Source: Eledone cirrhosa
Lineage: Eukaryota
Assembly (NCBI GenBank): GCA_964016885.1
Contig: OZ024740.1
Coordinates: 38,750,001-38,814,000 of the forward strand
Reading direction: 5' to 3'
DNA length: 64,000 nucleotides
Shown: piece by piece, positions 56,027 to 64,000 of the stretch
Layout of the letters: the number at the start of each line of letters is the position of its first letter
Numbering within the stretch: position 1 is the first letter of the stretch
Notes under the pieces: generated by a model
Told to the model about the DNA's origin: nothing
The model's database searches: none
Seen by the model: only the letters and a program-made list of their open reading frames with translations
Program-made: the position numbers and the translations under genes

Positions 56027-56395
56027 TATACATACAGGTACACATACATATATGTACGTATCAGTTTAGCGGACGCTTATTATAGCGCCCGCTTTGTTCG
56101 TTTGTAAACAAACTGAACAGCCTGAATTTATGCCGCACGGTGTTAAGGCAACCACGTCACCTTTTTGTTCAACACTGACACAGGAACGATGTACTAGTTT
56201 CAAGCTTGTTAGCTATCATCAGCACCGTATAACCATCTGCCAGATAGTTGAACGTTCGAAAGTATATACTTTCCTTATGAAAATTAACGGCTGAGCAGCC
56301 TAATTTGCATATCGAGTGAGTTAAATCGGTCAGGCGCACCGAAAACGATGAGTTGTAATAAAATGAAAACGAAATTTCATTTCTCACTCTTAGTA
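54827..56395 (-). repeat. 508-bp hammerhead-containing tandem array (candidate retrozyme): 3 units + 45-nt terminal redundancy
   Basis: Units start at 54827, 55335 and 55843, with a partial unit at 56351-56395; near-identical, including the internal microsatellite. Confidence 0.93.
55170..55212 (-). ncRNA. Minimal type I hammerhead of the 508-bp unit (also 55678-55720, 56186-56228)
   Basis: Minus strand: acggtg CTGATGA t agct-aaca-agct t GAAA ctag TA catcgt. Confidence 0.85.
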
Positions 56396-56474
56396 TAAAT
56401 ATATATATAAATATATATATATAAATATATTTATATATAAATATATATATAAATATATAAATATATATATATAA

Positions 56475-56505
<31 letters not shown>

Positions 56506-56552
56506 AATGTATATATAAATATATATATATATATATATAAATATATAAATAT

Positions 56553-56705
<153 letters not shown>

Positions 56706-56716
56706 TATAAATATAT

Positions 56717-56751
<35 letters not shown>

Positions 56752-56789
56752 AATATATATGTATGTATATATATAAATATATATATATA

Positions 56790-57465
56790 TATCTTGAGGA
56801 CTTTCCTTACAAGAGATCGAGACACCATGTTGACACTGTGGAGGACTTTTGTCCTAAGCCGCCTGGACTACTGCTCCCAGCTGTGGTCACCCCATAGTGT
56901 CAAACTAACCACAGAGCTTGAGGCAATCCAGCGAAGCTACACCAAGAGGATTGCCAAGATGAGGGAGACAAGCTACTGGGAGAGGCTGAAGGAACTGAAC
57001 CTCTACTCCTTGGAGCGAAGACGGGAGAGATACGCAGTGATCTACATGTGGAAAATCCTGGAGGGACTAGCACCAAACTTTGGCATTGGGAGCTGGACCA
57101 ACCGTCGAACAGGACGTCACTGTGTGGTGCCAAAGGTCCCGTCTTCCACATCTAGAATAAGGAGCAGGTATTGCAATAGCCTGGGATTCAAGGGCCCTCA
57201 ACTCTTCAACAGGCTGCCGAGGCATCTGCGAGACTTGCATGACGTGGAGGTGGATGTCTTTAAGAAACATCTCGACACCTTGTTATCCAGGATCCCGGAT
57301 GAGCCCACAGCAAGACACGAGGGAAACCTAAGGGCAGCAGCAACAAACTCCCTCCTACACCAGTGGCCAACCTATACAGGCTGGAGATAAAGTGTGTAGC
57401 AGCAAGGGCGGTGCCCCAGCATGGCCTCAGCCGGATGGCTGAAACAGGTAAAAGAGTAAAAGAGT
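56790..57465 (+). mobile_element. 3' fragment of the same CR1-like LINE (open frame 56794-57390)
   Basis: Near-identical to 36003-36680 but lacks its stop and frameshift. Confidence 0.92.
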
Positions 57466-57528
<63 letters not shown>

Positions 57529-57589
57529 TATATAAATATAAATAAATATATATAAATATAAATATATATATATATAAATATATAAATAT

Positions 57590-57622
<33 letters not shown>

Positions 57623-57727
57623 AATATATATATAAATATATATATAAATATATATAAATATAAATATATATATATATAAATAAATATATAAATATATATA
57701 TATATATATAAATATATATATATATAA

Positions 57728-57800
<73 letters not shown>

Positions 57801-57803
57801 AAT

Positions 57804-57840
<37 letters not shown>

Positions 57841-57867
57841 AATATATATAAATATATATAAATATAT

Positions 57868-57925
<58 letters not shown>

Positions 57926-58611
57926 GAGCCCTCTGCCGATCATCTCGAATTTTGTTTATCGTGAACTCGTGCGCCGATTTTTCGATACTCGATTATTCTA
58001 CTATATTTAGCTCTAGACTTAGCTATTGACCAGTTAATTTTATTGTTCATTTTTTGTCGATTCTATTAAATGATGAATAGCCCCTGTTTATTTTAACATG
58101 TCTATTGAGCACTCTTATTCGATATGTGTTTTTGTCACATTTTTCCGAATATTTTTGCGGATATAGAGGTTATCTCCCTTGCTGAAATCCATGTGCGTAT
58201 TTTTAGCCTGGGTCTTATCTTTTTATCCATTCGGACGAAGCTCGTTGATGAAGTAACTCCAGTCCCCCGATTATCTGTAAGGCTTATATTTTTATATGAG
58301 CTGATAGATGACGGTTTAAGGATTTACAGAAACCCAAGAAGCTAGATATTCCATCTCTCTAGTGGGTCCGGGTATGCATTTTACATTCATTTCATTTATT
58401 GATTTATTGATAATTTATCTGAGTGGCCCGAATCTTCCATATCGAACTTTTCGGTTATTTGGTTGATTGTAGACATATTCTACGTGTGACGGTATTTTAA
58501 CGATAGTTATAGCTCTAATTTATTTGAATTATAGAGCCCTCTGCCGATCATCTCGAATTTTGTTTATCGTGAACTCGTGCGCCGATTTTTCGATACTCGA
58601 TTATTCTACTA
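57926..58611. mobile_element. Unclassified non-coding insertion: one 608-bp unit + ~78-bp direct terminal redundancy
   Basis: gagccctctgccgatcatctc...gattattctacta at both 57926 and 58534; TA flanks. Confidence 0.6.
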
Positions 58612-59980
<1,369 letters not shown>

Positions 59981-60170
59981 GTAGATAAATCTACCAAGAG
60001 TTTACGGTAGTGTCCAATCCGTATGAAGAACTCAATGTATTCCGGATATCATGGAAAGAAGAAATGTAATGAAAAATCACTTTCGGTGAAAGATAAACGG
60101 TATACAGAGTCAAGATAAAATATTAAACAAATAATGAATAAACAATTCCTTATATTAAACAAAAAAAGTT

Positions 60171-60320
60171 CATTATTTAACGATCGTTTCTAGGATATAT
60201 ATGTGTTAGAGTTGGCATGCATATTCAACAGATCTATGTACAAAATTATACAAAATTATACAAACTATCAAGATTAAATATACATACCAACACATATATA
60301 CGCCGTCTTCAGAAATAATG
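60171..60320 (-). ncRNA. Type I hammerhead with a greatly extended stem II
   Basis: Minus strand: cattattt CTGAAGA cggcg tatatatgtgttgg...ctaacacatatata tccta GAAA cgatcg TT aaataatg. Confidence 0.65.
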
Positions 60321-61061
60321 AAATATATTTATTGATAATAACAACAATTCAAACTTTCAGGTCCGTTTGGGAACAAAATTGACCAATGAAAATACAGCAA
60401 AGTGAACTTGTACGAGATAATAATTCTGAGTCCCGGGAAAAATATATACTAATGCTAACCGGGACTCAGAATTATTATCTCGTACAAGTTCACTTTGCTG
60501 CACTGGGTCGTTGCTGGCCCGGGATGGAAACCTTTATTGTTTATTTCGTGGTAGTCTCTTTAGTATTTTGGCCCCGTTTGTTGACCCGTCACCGTATCAT
60601 TTACGTACTTATACCTCTTAAAAGGGTCCTTGCCTTATCCGTCCCACCTAGTTCTCTTACTTATTTCCTTATTTATTCATTTATTTATTTTTTTACTTCT
60701 TTCTTTCTTTCTTTATTTTATTCTCGCCTAACAATAGCCTGACACCTAGGTCGTAGAATTTAATTTACTTTACTTTTCTTTACACTTATTTGCCTTTCTT
60801 CACTCTCAGTATTTTTTTTTCTTTCCTATTTCTACCCCCCATTGTTCTACCTACCGGTCCGACTTCCTCCCCCTCCCCCTCCCCTGTATCTTCTTTGACC
60901 TCATGCCCAGCTGTAGCTGGCACTACCAACGCTTGATTGGGTCTACTCCACCCCCTCCCCTCTTTCTCCTACTGGCAGGTTTAGCCACCATCTCCCCTAC
61001 TAATTTGCAACCACAGAATTACTACTGATTTTTGACAATCACTTTGACCATATATGGAATT

Positions 61062-61155
61062 ACCCCTTGAGAAGATCGGCTATTTAAATACCAGGATAAA
61101 TTTTCATTTAGTCCAGAATTAGCCGTCGAAACGGCTTGAGCTCAGCTGTCGGGGT
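61062..61155 (+). ncRNA. Type I hammerhead, U3-A8 variant with a full stem III
   Basis: acccc TTGAGAA gatcggct...agccgtc GAAA cggct-tgagctc-agctg TC ggggt. Confidence 0.8.
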
Positions 61156-61247
61156 CTTACTGGTTCCTATTACCCACTCAACTACCTCAAGTATTGAGTA
61201 CTTTGGTGCGTTATGGTCCACCTGGTTCCTTACCACATTTCCTTCGT

Positions 61248-62347
<1,100 letters not shown>

Positions 62348-62481
62348 CATGGAAAGTTATATTTAAAATTCTTGGGTTACAACTAGTAAATATTTATAAC
62401 TGATATAAAAGCACTCGACAAATATTTGGAGTATATTTACAATATTAAATAAATGGAAACCATATTTATAAAACCATATTT

Positions 62482-62545
62482 ATTTCATTATATATATTTC
62501 AGGGATATCATATTAACAATATGCTATGCCTTCCTCAGACAAAAT
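62482..62545 (-). ncRNA. Type I hammerhead in the inverted pLTR
   Basis: Minus strand: attttgt CTGAGGA agg...cct GAAA tatata TA atgaaat. Confidence 0.7.
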
Positions 62546-62984
62546 ACAATATAAACAGTTTTATAGATAAATAGCTTCGACATACCGTAACAACATCGAC
62601 TTGCATTTGAAGAGGTTGATTTGGCAGTGAAAAAATTGTACACAGAGAGAAAGAAAGAGAGAAAAAAGAAAGAAAGACAGAAAACGAAGAAAAGGAAGAA
62701 AAAGAAGAAATGCATGGAACAAAATAGAGAGATGGAAAGATAGATAAAGAGAAGAACTTCATGTAAAGAAACAGAAAGAGATATATATATATAGAGAGAG
62801 AGGAAATAGAGATAGATACATATATATATAGAAAATTAGGTAGTGGGAGGTCTGTTGAGTAAATGTATCAATGATACATTTATTTATTTATTTATTTATT
62901 TAGCTCTAGTATTAATGTAAGGGAGATATATATAGAGAGAGAAAAATATAGAGAGAGAAAAAATATAGCGAGAGAAAAAAAAAT

Positions 62985-64000
62985 AATAAGTTTATTCAAC
63001 TTGATATCGCTAACTATTATTCTTCTATTACCCCTAATCTACTAAATAAGGCACTAAATTACGCATTCAAACATACTGACCTAACTAGCAATGAAATGCA
63101 TATTATATTATCGGCTAGGAAAACTTTGATAGAATTTAATGACAAACTATGGACCAGAGCAGATAGAGATAGCAATTTTGACATAACTATGGGATCATCC
63201 GACTCAGCTCAGGTAACTGACCTTGTGGGCTTATTTTTAATCAATTCGCTACATAGGAAAATACCTGGTACTACCGGAGGTTTATATAGAGATGACATGC
63301 TTTTACTTATTGATAATAATAACCCTGAACTAAATAGAAAATGTAAACAAATTACACAATTTTTTAATTACTTTAATCTTAAAATAGAAATTGAGAACAA
63401 CCATAGAATAGTCAATTTCCTAGATATAACATTAAATCTCAACACATGTCTTCACTATCCTTTTCACAAGTTGAATGAAAACTTAAACTATGTCAACTTT
63501 AACTCTAACCACCCCAGATCTGTCAAAAACACTATAGTAAACTCTGTTCAAAAACGTATCTCTAGGATCTCGTCGAATAGAAAGATTTTCGACGAAAAAG
63601 CCCAATACTATAATGAAGCATTAGCTAGAGCAGGATATGCTGATAAGATTGTGTACATAGATAATGATAGACAAACTAAACAAAGTAACAACTTTTTTAA
63701 TTACGGCAACAACCTTAACAACTATAATAGAAAGCATTACAATAATTCCAAAGGCCAAAAAAGAAATAGAACTAGGAACATAATTTGGTCCCCCCCCCCC
63801 TTTCTCACTAAACATTAAAACCCACATCGCTAAACTATTTTTCAAAGCTCTTGATAATCGCTTCCCTAGAACACATAGGTATCACTCAATTTTCAATAGA
63901 CATACAATAAAATTAACCTACTCATCCACCAAAAAATTAGCACAAAATATTAATAGAATAAATAATAGGAACTTAAAACCTAGTGATAATAGCATAAATA
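62985..64000 (+). pseudogene. PLE RT fragment (YRDD type), frameshift at the C-run ~63795
   Basis: NKFIQLDIANYYSSI, MGSSDSAQVTDLVG, LYRDD, NFLDIT. Confidence 0.88.

Larger units (their letters stand above)
62348..64000 (+). mobile_element. Second coding copy of the 38-kb PLE family; inverted pLTR with tail at left (~62348-62945); runs off the window
   Basis: Left part is homologous to the reverse complement of ~41200-41811; RT follows from ~62985. Confidence 0.9.

Noticed and set aside
54839-56294. Repeated 66-81-aa ORFs in the 508-bp array
   Set aside because: They are partly microsatellite-derived with no domain signature; recurrence only reflects the DNA repeat.
58245-58345. Hammerhead in the 608-bp element (TTGATGA or CTGATAGA...GAAA)
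   Set aside because: There is no UH cleavage site or closing stem I after GAAA.

Overview
This is AT-rich eukaryotic (animal) DNA with no recognisable host gene; a cephalopod such as Octopus is suspected from the LINE 3' tail, but this is unverified. Roughly half the window is (TA)n/(TATAAA)-type microsatellite, and almost every island of complex sequence is a retroelement inserted into it. The islands are one near-full-length RTE LINE plus two 3' fragments, two CR1-like 3' fragments, one Tx1/L1 fragment, and about a dozen Penelope-like element (PLE; RT plus C-terminal GIY-YIG) copies ranging from 8.4 kb down to 160-bp fold-back remnants. Reading both strands, I count about 29 type I hammerhead ribozyme (HHR) motifs, some degenerate. 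The most notable objects are two related non-coding tandem arrays (467-bp and 508-bp units) with one minimal HHR per unit. The two units share an octamer dyad and a stem enclosing the array start, which makes them candidate retrozymes. The 467-bp array has the same 'inverted arm minus terminal tail' architecture as the neighbouring PLEs, suggesting PLE-mobilised circular ribozyme RNAs targeted to (TA)n. The long Y/I/H/T/C/V/M-rich ORFs in the track are microsatellite translation artefacts. Coordinates were read by eye and boundaries are approximate.
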